Assembly: GCA_019748155.1 (NCBI GenBank)
Contig: JAIEPY010000021.1
Location: forward strand, 2,958-66,957
From: Burkholderiales bacterium
GTDB lineage: Bacteria; Pseudomonadota; Gammaproteobacteria; Burkholderiales; UBA11063
DNA: 64,000 nt
Direction of reading: 5' to 3'
The translations under genes were made by a program, and so were the position numbers. Below are positions 9,962 through 18,199 of this stretch, piece by piece. The notes below the pieces were generated by a model that was given only the letters and a program-made list of their open reading frames with translations, was not told the origin of the DNA and ran no database searches. Numbering within the stretch: position 1 is the stretch's first letter; every line of letters begins with the position of its first letter.

Positions 9962-10867
9962 TTATGCGGCAATTATCTTGCTTGAATTACTTTCTCGCTG
10001 TTTACCAGTAAGTTCCCCAGTATAAAAAGCCTCATTTAATACTTTAATTAATACTGTAATATCTTTATTTTTCTTAACCTGATATTTATCGTTGTCTTTT
10101 TCCAATGTTACAACATTCTGATATCTATTAATATATTCGATTAGTCTCTGGTTTTCTATTTCAAAATTTTGCTCAATAAGAAATCTAATATGCTTTAGAT
10201 TAGATGGTTCTATTTTTATGGTTAGATCTATGTTGAATATTTCAGAGTTATTAATTTTATCTATAAATAAACTTTGTTGCTCTTTACTTGCTTCTTTATA
10301 TAGTTCAGTAAATTCGCTATGTATATTTTTTAAGTGTGCAAAGCTTTTGAAGTATATTTTATGGTCTGCTTTGTTTATACAAATATCAACCCGATTATAT
10401 ACCTCTAAGCGATTACTTTCTTCTTGATAGATTACGTGATCATTTATGCAACTAAGGAAATGAGTGTTTTCAACATATTTTGCTTTTGTAATATGCTGTA
10501 AATTCATGATAGTTTGCTCGTGCTCATTAACCAAATAACTACAAATCCATAACACCGAAGATAATTCTGTTTTGCTTATGTTACTAATAGTTGCGGTTTG
10601 ATCTGTAATATTATATATATTATCGATGGATTGTTGGATTTTTACTTTAATTTGTGGATCAATATTATCATCATCATAGCTTATATAGAAAAACTGATTA
10701 TTATCTAATTTGTACGAAGGATTATCTAGAAAATTAATGCTCTCAATGTCTTCATTTATAGGATAAATAAATAGTTGCTGATTCGAATTTTTAAATTTTT
10801 CTATATCATCTGTTCTGTCTAGTAGCTTTCTAAACTGTTGGTTTTTTAACTGAGCAATAATTGTCAT
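9962..10867 (-). CDS. soluble 301-aa protein, candidate KwaB-like (DUF4868) Kiwa component
   Basis: ATG preceded by AGGAGA and overlapping the upstream stop (TAATG). Size and position after a small 4-TM protein match KwaB. The C-terminal ..VLIKVLNEAFYTGELTGKQRESNSSK.. resembles my recollection of DUF4868 C-termini. Not verified by any profile search. Confidence 0.45.
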   Translation of the reverse strand: MTIIAQLKNQQFRKLLDRTDDIEKFKNSNQQLFIYPINEDIESINFLDNPSYKLDNNQFFYISYDDDNIDPQIKVKIQQSIDNIYNITDQTATISNISKTELSSVLWICSYLVNEHEQTIMNLQHITKAKYVENTHFLSCINDHVIYQEESNRLEVYNRVDICINKADHKIYFKSFAHLKNIHSEFTELYKEASKEQQSLFIDKINNSEIFNIDLTIKIEPSNLKHIRFLIEQNFEIENQRLIEYINRYQNVVTLEKDNDKYQVKKNKDITVLIKVLNEAFYTGELTGKQRESNSSKIIAA

Positions 10868-11430
10868 TATTCATTATCTCCTGTATCTATAAAAAGGTAT
10901 TCATCTAATTTTTTGATTAAAATGGCTGTTGGTTGTGCTAGTTTTATGTTTTTACGTTTACTTAATAATAAAAAACCTGCATAGTCAGTTTCAATTTTAT
11001 ACATCCGCCAGCCCAGTACGTATGCAATTGGATTTAAGAATGCTATATTACACATATAAAACAATATAAATAAAAAAGCGAGCAGAATAATTGACAATGT
11101 TGTTGTACTTGTATTTATTGATAATGCTACAAAAATGATACCTAAATACGATGGCATATATTCCGTATATACGGGATATATTTTTGTTACTATGATATTA
11201 TCGGTGCTTAACCAATTATATATATTAGGCAACCAAGTATAAAAAATAATACTTACAACTAGCCAAGTCAATAGAATGCTTACAATAATCCAATGTTTTA
11301 TAGAATAATTTATCAATTCAGCCCAAGAGCTATAGTTAAAATGAGAATTATTGGCAAAGTATAATAAAATTATCCAAAAAAATGATAATATAGTAACAAA
11401 AGTCTTTAGCGATATTTCCTTTAAGTTCAT
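10867..11430 (-). CDS. small 4-TM membrane protein, candidate KwaA-like Kiwa component
   Basis: 187 aa. Hydrophobic helices at about residues 9-26, 46-66, 92-105 and 110-131, plus a soluble tail of about 55 aa. The ATG overlaps the hsdS stop (ATGA). Confidence 0.45.
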   Translation of the reverse strand: MNLKEISLKTFVTILSFFWIILLYFANNSHFNYSSWAELINYSIKHWIIVSILLTWLVVSIIFYTWLPNIYNWLSTDNIIVTKIYPVYTEYMPSYLGIIFVALSINTSTTTLSIILLAFLFILFYMCNIAFLNPIAYVLGWRMYKIETDYAGFLLLSKRKNIKLAQPTAILIKKLDEYLFIDTGDNE

Positions 11431-12656
11431 ACCCGAACTTGCCCTGTTAATAGTTTTTGCACTAGCGATTGTTTTTGTAGTTTTAGTTGGTTTAATATTT
11501 CAGTTTGCTTGGTAGTTTCATCATCAATGCGGGTTAAAAAATCTGCGATTTTGGTTTGCTCGTCCAAATAACAACTAACAGTTATAAGAAATTTTTCTAA
11601 AGTAGATTTTTGAATATTTGGTAATCCTGATCCAACTCTTAGCAGCATAATTTTGGACTCTTGGTATTTTAATAAATAAAATAAATATTCATTTTGCACT
11701 GCTTTTGTAGCAACAGTATAGCAATGACCACCAGCCCAAAATTTATTTTTTACAAAACTAACATAACCGCAAGAGTTACCACCTTCGCTAACCGTTATAG
11801 AATTCTCAGTGTTATATTTATCTGTAAGACCAGAGTAATCAGTTCCTCCATTTAATACAGGATATATTCCATCATCAAGCATGTGTACTTTATTAAGTTG
11901 TTCACCTTTTTTAATTATACAAATATCACCAAGTTTTTTGGTTTGCCAAGCGGGGTAATCATTGCCATTATCGTCTTTGAAGCGGATTTTCTGGCTGAAA
12001 ATCTGCTGCATGACACCTTTTTTGAAAACTTGCTTTTGCTTAATTAATTGCTCTTGTTTGGCAATAGCATCATCCCAAGTTGATAACATCTCAGCAATTT
12101 TTTCTTGTTCTTTCAGTGGTGGTAATATAAAAGGTAAACTCCTTTGCTCAGTTATACCTATATAAGCTCTAGTTCCTCCACCTGCTATTTCTTGTAACTT
12201 TTGTTGAAATATTTTGCTCAAAAAATATTGAAAAATATAATGGCGATTAAGTTGTGAGTGATCTTTTACTCGGTAGTATGTTACTTGTGGTGTTAACATA
12301 ATATAATCAGTGTATAAATTTTTCACCATAACTACATTTCCTACTGTACCCTTATGTGTTAATAGTACATCTCCAGTGATTGAAAAACCTTTTTGTAATC
12401 TATCTGCTTGCTTTTTTGTTATAAAAGCACAGTTTTCTAAATCTAAAATACCATTTCTAACATTATTTGCCATAATAAATGGTATTCCACTAGCCACAAA
12501 ATCACTACTTTTAGGATGTATGTCACCATGATTTCCATCTAACGGCTTATATAAATAGCTCATATTCACCAGTTGATTAATCGTCAGTACATCCCAATCC
12601 TCAGGAATAATCCCAAGCTTAGTTTGCTTATATCCTTGTGGTATCTGCTTAGTCAT
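11427..12656 (-). CDS. hsdS: Type I restriction enzyme, S (specificity) subunit, full length with two target-recognition domains
   Basis: 409 aa with the two conserved coiled-coil spacers: LPPLKEQEKIAEMLSTWDDAIAKQEQLIKQKQ in the middle and LDEQTKIADFLTRIDDETTKQTEILNQLKLQKQSLVQKLLTGQVRV at the C-terminus. Confidence 0.9.
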   Translation of the reverse strand: MTKQIPQGYKQTKLGIIPEDWDVLTINQLVNMSYLYKPLDGNHGDIHPKSSDFVASGIPFIMANNVRNGILDLENCAFITKKQADRLQKGFSITGDVLLTHKGTVGNVVMVKNLYTDYIMLTPQVTYYRVKDHSQLNRHYIFQYFLSKIFQQKLQEIAGGGTRAYIGITEQRSLPFILPPLKEQEKIAEMLSTWDDAIAKQEQLIKQKQVFKKGVMQQIFSQKIRFKDDNGNDYPAWQTKKLGDICIIKKGEQLNKVHMLDDGIYPVLNGGTDYSGLTDKYNTENSITVSEGGNSCGYVSFVKNKFWAGGHCYTVATKAVQNEYLFYLLKYQESKIMLLRVGSGLPNIQKSTLEKFLITVSCYLDEQTKIADFLTRIDDETTKQTEILNQLKLQKQSLVQKLLTGQVRV

Positions 12657-13515
12657 TCAATTTCTCCAATATTGCCACGCTGGCATTATCCATCTTGCTA
12701 AAAGCAAACCATTTTTTGCCAAGATCTTTAAGACTTGCGCCAATGTGATAAACCTCATTATCAATTAGCAAAAATCTATCATGTGATAAATCAAACTCTT
12801 TAATCGTGAGGTTATTATATTGAGCTTTATATTTTTGTACATCTAAAGCTAGTTGTTTGCTAATAGTTTTGGTATAGATTGTAATTGTTATATTTGGGTT
12901 TTTGCTAAATAGGGTTAATACCGTGTCATCAATGTAGTTGTCTAGTAATATAATTGACTGGCGAGCACGTTTAATTAAATCACTAACAAAAGCATAAGCA
13001 TCGTAAATCTGCCCCTCAAAAAATATCCCTTGTGAGGGTTGTATTTCTTTTGACTCAAGTGCTTCAAAAATTTTACTAAAGTGATCATCATGTTTAAGTA
13101 ATTTCATCTCTATATTTTCAAGTCGTTGAAATATTCCCGTATTTTGAGCGATAAACTTCCGCATAGTAACAAATGCTCGAATAATTTTTATACTCATGTT
13201 TACCGCTGAATCTGTCTTTAAGACAGAAGCTAACATTGACACACCTTGCTCGGTGAATACTAGTGGCGAACTACCGCCTAAATGCTGCTTGGAAGGTATC
13301 GCATTTTGCGATACCATAAAATCAACCTCACTATCGTTTAGCACAAACATAAAATCTTCAGGGAATCTATCAATATTTCTTTTTACCTGCTCCCTAAGCC
13401 TTATCGGTTTTACCCCATAAAGCACCGCTATATCTTTATCGAGCATAACTTGCAAGTTTCTAATCGTGTAAATTTTATTTTGAATGTTCTGTTCATCGAT
13501 AATTAGCTCATTCAT
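12649..13515 (-). CDS. ORF6N (KilA-N-like) domain protein with conserved C-terminal HDRF..GASLKDLGKKWF module
   Basis: The N-terminus IYTIRNLQVMLDKDIAVLYGV..LREQVKRNIDRFPEDFMF is typical ORF6N. The C-terminal SHDRFLLIDNEVYHIGASLKDLGKKWFAFSKM block recurs in R-M-associated ORF6N proteins. Confidence 0.7.
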   Translation of the reverse strand: MNELIIDEQNIQNKIYTIRNLQVMLDKDIAVLYGVKPIRLREQVKRNIDRFPEDFMFVLNDSEVDFMVSQNAIPSKQHLGGSSPLVFTEQGVSMLASVLKTDSAVNMSIKIIRAFVTMRKFIAQNTGIFQRLENIEMKLLKHDDHFSKIFEALESKEIQPSQGIFFEGQIYDAYAFVSDLIKRARQSIILLDNYIDDTVLTLFSKNPNITITIYTKTISKQLALDVQKYKAQYNNLTIKEFDLSHDRFLLIDNEVYHIGASLKDLGKKWFAFSKMDNASVAILEKLND

Positions 13516-13832
13516 TATTTAACCCCAATATTATCTAACTTCACACCACCACACGCATAGCGTGTTAGCATAATATCTTGAATCGGACGTTCTGCACCAG
13601 AACCAAGCGCTACCATTTTCGTGACGTCACGAAAATGGTCTGCACAATTTGATCCAGCTGTTTCGCAGCTATTTTTTGCTTTAGTGATGACGTTCTCAAA
13701 ATTCTCCCACCGCTCATAATCCAAGATCTTTTGCAAATCACGTGCATACCAATATTCAATCGCACTGTTTTCTACTTGATGTGCCAACGAATTAAAGCTA
13801 GCTTGTAATTGTGTGATTAGTTCAGCATTCAT
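13515..13832 (-). CDS. DinD (DNA-damage-inducible protein D) N-terminal fragment, probably a gene remnant
   Basis: 105 aa. The segment ..YWYARDLQKILDYERWENFENVITKAKNSCETAG..HFRDVTKMV..IQDIMLTRYAC matches the N-terminal third of E. coli DinD as I recall it. It then ends abruptly. Confidence 0.55.
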   Translation of the reverse strand: MNAELITQLQASFNSLAHQVENSAIEYWYARDLQKILDYERWENFENVITKAKNSCETAGSNCADHFRDVTKMVALGSGAERPIQDIMLTRYACGGVKLDNIGVK

Positions 13833-13834
13833 GA

Positions 13835-15175
13835 TTACACCTTTATTTTTTTTGATAATGGAGTTTTTGTGGTCAACTTTTTCTCACTGGATTTTGCTTT
13901 ACGCTCAAGTTTTTGGATATCTTCTACTGTCGGCAAATCTTCGGGCATTGTTCCGCCTAATTCCTGAATAGTTTCACGTACTTTTTTGCCAACTTCATAA
14001 TAGGTTTGATTAGCCTGTACCTTGTTTTGTATTTCATCACGTTTTAGTTTTTCTTCGGTTTGAGTGGCTCGGAATAAATTAGCAGCCAATTCAGTACTAT
14101 TCATATGATCTAAGATCTTTTGAGATTTTTGTAATCCCTTATGCTTATGTATGCTTTTTGCATCTAATCCGCCATATAAGCCTTTATCGCCTCCATTTAT
14201 TTGCTTGGCTATTTGCTCTAATTCTGCTATATCATCTTCATTGGCTTGTTCTAGTTCTTGAGTTTGACGGTGTTTATCAAATAAAGCATAACGCTCTTCG
14301 GCTAATTGTTTGGCTACGCTTGCTCTTATTGTTCCAGCATGAGTTAGTAATTCGCGCTCGTTAAAGCTCAGGAAGGCATCAACTTTTTGTTCCCATTCCG
14401 CCATAGTTATAGCTTTGCGTTTTTTTGCCTGATCTTCGGCATAGTCCAGATACATGGTTACAATCCGGTTAAGCTCGTCAACTTCTTGTTGTGAAAGATA
14501 GTTTTTAGCAGTATCGACATCCATTTTTCTAACTTTTGAACCTATCCATGAGGTTAAGCCCATATTGGTTAATTCTGGATTGCTCCGGTTAGCAATAATT
14601 TCGGCAGCAGTATGACCAGTTACCGCCCACAGCATTCTATTTTGAACTTTTTTAAAGAATAATTTAGCCTGATCATCGTCTTTGTTGTAATCAATTGCGG
14701 TAATATAGAGGTCTTTAATTTTCTGGTAAAAGCGCTTTTCCGATGCTCTAATTTCACGGATGCGGGCTAACCATTCATCGAAGTAATCCCACCGTGTAGC
14801 TTGTTTGAGGCGAGCATCGTCCATAGCAAAACCTTTGATAAGGTACTCTTTGAGGATAGTGGTAGCCCAGATTCTAAAGTGAGTAGCGCTATTACTATTA
14901 ACTCGATAACCTATAGAGATGATAGCATCAAGATTATAGTGCTTTGTTTTATATTTTTTACCATCCGTCGCAGTTGTCAAGAAATCCTTGACAACTGAAT
15001 TTTCATCCAGTTCGCCACTTTCAAAGATATTTTTTACATGCAAACTAATATTCTGCTTGGTGGTATCAAATAACTCAGCAATTTTTTGCTGCGAAAGCCA
15101 AATAGTCTCATTTTCCAGTAAAATTTCTACTTTTATGTCTTTATTTGGTGTTTTATATAAAATGATTTCACTCAT
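13835..15175 (-). CDS. RhuM-family protein fused to a DinD C-terminal domain (chimera)
   Basis: Residues 1 to about 325 are a classic RhuM core (IWLSQQKIAELF..YNLDAIISIGYRVNS..HFRIWATTILKEYLIKGF..IRASEKRFYQK..RIVTMYLDYAE). From GLYGGLDAKSIHKHKGLQKSQKILDHMNSTELAANLFRATQTEEKLKRD..QELGGTMPEDLP it matches the DinD C-terminus. Confidence 0.75.
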   Translation of the reverse strand: MSEIILYKTPNKDIKVEILLENETIWLSQQKIAELFDTTKQNISLHVKNIFESGELDENSVVKDFLTTATDGKKYKTKHYNLDAIISIGYRVNSNSATHFRIWATTILKEYLIKGFAMDDARLKQATRWDYFDEWLARIREIRASEKRFYQKIKDLYITAIDYNKDDDQAKLFFKKVQNRMLWAVTGHTAAEIIANRSNPELTNMGLTSWIGSKVRKMDVDTAKNYLSQQEVDELNRIVTMYLDYAEDQAKKRKAITMAEWEQKVDAFLSFNERELLTHAGTIRASVAKQLAEERYALFDKHRQTQELEQANEDDIAELEQIAKQINGGDKGLYGGLDAKSIHKHKGLQKSQKILDHMNSTELAANLFRATQTEEKLKRDEIQNKVQANQTYYEVGKKVRETIQELGGTMPEDLPTVEDIQKLERKAKSSEKKLTTKTPLSKKIKV

Positions 15176-15176
15176 C

Positions 15177-16664
15177 TTATAACCCCAGCTCTTTGAGATA
15201 GTTATTCATCTTGATTTTTATTTCAGCCAATTCCACCTCTAATTGTACAATTTTAGTCTTTGTTGCATCCAGATCAATAGGCTCTTCTTCCTCAAAGGTA
15301 TCAACATAGCGAGGAATATTTAGATTATAGTCATTTTCTTTGATTTCTTCAATTGTTGCAATATGTGAATATTTCTCAATTTCTTCGCGATTATGATAAG
15401 TCTCTAAGATTTTAGCTAATTGTGTATCGTTAAGACTGTTTTGATTTTTAGCTTTATCAAAGTCATTACTGGCATCAATAAATAGTATCTCTTGATGTTG
15501 ACGGTTCTTTTTGAACACTAAAATACAGGCTGGAATACTTGTTCCAAAGAATAAATTAGCTGGTAAGCCAATCACCGCATCGAGTAAATTTTCATCAATA
15601 AGTTTTTGGCGGATTTTACCCTCGCTAGAACCACGGAATAAAACGCCATGCGGTAAAACTACACTCATGCGCCCATTTTCATTTAGACTTTGGATCATAT
15701 GAATAACAAAAGCATAGTCTCCTTTGCTTTTAGGTGGTACAGCAAAATTTGTAAAGCGCTTAAATGGGTCTTTCTCGACATTATCCGCGCCCCATTTATC
15801 AAGACTGAATGGTGGATTTGCCACGATAACATCAAACTTCATTAAGTGATCATTTTCTAAATGCAGCGGGTTGCCAATTGTGTCACCCCATGCAATTTTG
15901 GCATCATTTATCTCATGCAAATACATATTCATTCGACATAATGCTTGAGTTTGTCCGTTGCGCTCTTGTCCATAAATCGCAAAATTGTTATTGCCAACTT
16001 CTTTAGCGGCTTTAATTAATAACGAGCCAGATCCACAAGTTGGGTCATAGATGCGATCTCCTTCTTTGGCGGCTACTAATTTAGCAAGCAAGGTTGAAAC
16101 TTCGCTGGGAGTAAAAAATTCACCGCCTTTTTTGCCTGCATCGCTAGCAAAATGAGAGATTAAGTACTCGTAACTATTACCGATAATATCCATATTGTCT
16201 AGGCATGAAGGTCTTAAATCCAGTCGAGTATCGCTAAAATCCTCAAGTAAATTTTTTAATATGCTATTACGTTCTTTGGTATCACCTAACATCTGACGGT
16301 TATTAAAATCAACATTTCTAAAAATGCCTTCGAGTTTTTCAATATTATCTTCTTCAATTCTGGCGAGGGCTTTATTAATTATTTCGCCAAGGTTATCAGC
16401 TTCTTTATTTTTTAATAAATATTCAAAAGTGCAAGAGTTATCAAGAATAAATTTTTCTCGTTCCAGTGCCCGTTTAATGCGTTCTACATCGCCATCATAT
16501 CTAGCGCTAATTTGCTCTAGCTTTTCTTTATAAAAATCAGAAAGATACTTTACAAATAACATACTTAGAATGTAATCTTTATATTGTGAGCTATCCATTG
16601 TTCCACGAAAAGTATCACAGGCTTTCCATACGACATTATTAATAATATCTTGAGTTGTCTTCAT
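15177..16664 (-). CDS. hsdM: Type I restriction enzyme, M subunit (N6-adenine DNA methyltransferase)
   Basis: SAM-binding motif I DPTCGSGSLL, catalytic motif IV VANPPFS and an N-terminal HsdM_N-like region. AAGGA Shine-Dalgarno upstream. Confidence 0.95.
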   Translation of the reverse strand: MKTTQDIINNVVWKACDTFRGTMDSSQYKDYILSMLFVKYLSDFYKEKLEQISARYDGDVERIKRALEREKFILDNSCTFEYLLKNKEADNLGEIINKALARIEEDNIEKLEGIFRNVDFNNRQMLGDTKERNSILKNLLEDFSDTRLDLRPSCLDNMDIIGNSYEYLISHFASDAGKKGGEFFTPSEVSTLLAKLVAAKEGDRIYDPTCGSGSLLIKAAKEVGNNNFAIYGQERNGQTQALCRMNMYLHEINDAKIAWGDTIGNPLHLENDHLMKFDVIVANPPFSLDKWGADNVEKDPFKRFTNFAVPPKSKGDYAFVIHMIQSLNENGRMSVVLPHGVLFRGSSEGKIRQKLIDENLLDAVIGLPANLFFGTSIPACILVFKKNRQHQEILFIDASNDFDKAKNQNSLNDTQLAKILETYHNREEIEKYSHIATIEEIKENDYNLNIPRYVDTFEEEEPIDLDATKTKIVQLEVELAEIKIKMNNYLKELGL

Positions 16665-16682
16665 CTTTATATATCCTTGCCT

Positions 16683-17252
16683 TTATTTGATAAGAGTTTC
16701 AAAAATTTCAGTTTTAAGTTGGTTTTTTTCATTAATAAGTTTATTGAGTAAATCAATTTCCTGATTCGCAGCATCTATGTAATTGACTATTTTTTGTTGC
16801 TTCTCAAGCGGTGGCAGATTAATCTCCAACTCCATTAAATCAGCCGTTTTTATCATTGGGATTGCGGTACCTTGAGTTACTAATTTATTTTGAGTAAACT
16901 GCAAATTTAAATAGTATGTCAAATATTTACTATCCAGTAGGTTAGGGAAGATATTAGTTATAATTGCCATTAGTGATGATACCATTAGCCCTGTGTTGTT
17001 ATCATTTATAAAAATTGCGTGATTTGGTGAACGTAACCGGACAATAACATCATTTTCTTTGGTTAAATATTGTGTACCAATTTTGGTGCTTGCCGTAAAG
17101 TGTTCATATGGTAGTTCTCCTAAATCATTTGAGCTCACAAATGATTTTAGGGTTAAAGCCTTGTAGTCAATTGTATTTGTGCTTGCCAAATTAGCCTTTT
17201 TACGTTCAAGTGATAGACCAATTCTTACATCTGTTAATTCTTTAAGCTTCAT
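16683..17252 (-). CDS. hsdS: half-size Type I S subunit (single target-recognition domain plus one conserved helix)
   Basis: One variable domain followed by LPPLEKQQKIVNYIDAANQEIDLLNKLINEKNQLKTEIFETLIK. The probable start is the ATG at 17252 (MKLKELTD..), preceded by GAGAGG. The track start at 17282 is less likely. Confidence 0.75.
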   Translation of the reverse strand: MKLKELTDVRIGLSLERKKANLASTNTIDYKALTLKSFVSSNDLGELPYEHFTASTKIGTQYLTKENDVIVRLRSPNHAIFINDNNTGLMVSSLMAIITNIFPNLLDSKYLTYYLNLQFTQNKLVTQGTAIPMIKTADLMELEINLPPLEKQQKIVNYIDAANQEIDLLNKLINEKNQLKTEIFETLIK

Positions 17253-17510
17253 TTTTTTACCTCTCATGGCGTAGTTTAACATAAACTATGTGCTATAAGT
17301 TTAAATATAGCAATAATTTTATGAGAAGGCTATATTGGTGAGTTTAATGATTAGTTTACGCTGGCTACGGACAGCGCTCATTTAGAAGGTGTATGTCGAC
17401 TGTTAGCCCTTGATAGGAATAAATAAGTCTATGCAAGAGCGTCCACCGTGAGGGATAGTCTGAAGGGAGTAAATGGCGTAGTTTGCGTGATGAACAGGAA
17501 TTAGATAGAA

Positions 17511-17530
17511 AGTGCATAAAAATATGCACT
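17511..17530 (-). terminator. candidate terminator hairpin downstream of tdk
   Basis: Perfect 8-bp stem AGTGCATA/TATGCACT with a 4-nt loop, about 75 nt after the tdk stop. It is followed on the minus strand by a moderately T-rich run (TTCTATCT). Confidence 0.35.
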
Positions 17531-17603
17531 CTCAAATACATTAATCTAGGTGGTTATTATATTAATAAATTTTATAACACATTGATATGCAAATATTACC
17601 TTA

Positions 17604-18197
17604 CTACTTCCAAACTCCCTCTTTCCAGTGTCTTCTGCACACCGAAACATATTTAGTGTCGATCTTCTTGAGATTTTCATCATCAACCACTACTGGCGCA
17701 CCTTGTTTAACTGCTACGCCATCGCGAACCAGCATATTAAAATTGGCTTTACGCCCACAGTGGCAAATTGTTTTAACTTCTTCCAAGGTATCTGCGATTG
17801 CGAGTAAGGTAGTAGCAGCAGGAAAGGGTTCACCACGATAATCACTGCGTAAGCCATAGCAAATTACCGGGATATTGAGATAATCAACTACATCTGAAAG
17901 CTGAATAATTTGCTCTGAGCTAAAAAAGTGAATTTCATCGATAAGAACACAAGCGATTTTTTGCTGTTCGTTTTGCGTTTTGATCAAGTCAAACAAATTA
18001 TCCTCAATCGTGGTTGAGATTGCCTCTTTATCAAAACCAATACGTGAACGGACTTTATTATCACCCGCACGCCGATCAACCGCAGAGGTGACTACCAAAG
18101 TATGTTGCCCACGATCTTCGTAGTTATAGGCAACTTTTAACAAATCAAGCGTTTTTCCTGCATCCATAGCAGAATAGCGAAAAAATAATTTAGCCAT
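17604..18197 (-). CDS. tdk: thymidine kinase
   Basis: MAKLFFRYSAMDAGKT P-loop start, as in Tdk. C-terminal Zn-ribbon cysteines (CHCGRKA .. CRRH). Confidence 0.92.
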   Translation of the reverse strand: MAKLFFRYSAMDAGKTLDLLKVAYNYEDRGQHTLVVTSAVDRRAGDNKVRSRIGFDKEAISTTIEDNLFDLIKTQNEQQKIACVLIDEIHFFSSEQIIQLSDVVDYLNIPVICYGLRSDYRGEPFPAATTLLAIADTLEEVKTICHCGRKANFNMLVRDGVAVKQGAPVVVDDENLKKIDTKYVSVCRRHWKEGVWK

Positions 18198-18199
18198 GA

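Noticed and set aside
11427-17282. Possibility of a phase-variable hsdS shufflon because two hsdS genes are present.
   Set aside because: Both S genes are on the same strand, no inverted hsdS repeat segments were seen, and there is no nearby invertase.
4040-17603. The R-M island considered as a classical integrative mobile element (prophage remnant, ICE or integron-like).
   Set aside because: No integrase, recombinase, transposase, tRNA target or flanking direct repeats could be found by eye. It is therefore reported as a defence island or operon, not as a mobile element.
17283-17603. The structured intergenic segment considered as a retron msr/msd, tmRNA fragment, 6S RNA or RNase P RNA.
   Set aside because: No reverse transcriptase gene is nearby, and I could not find the hallmark conserved stretches of tmRNA, 6S RNA or RNase P RNA. 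It is kept only as an unexplained structured region.
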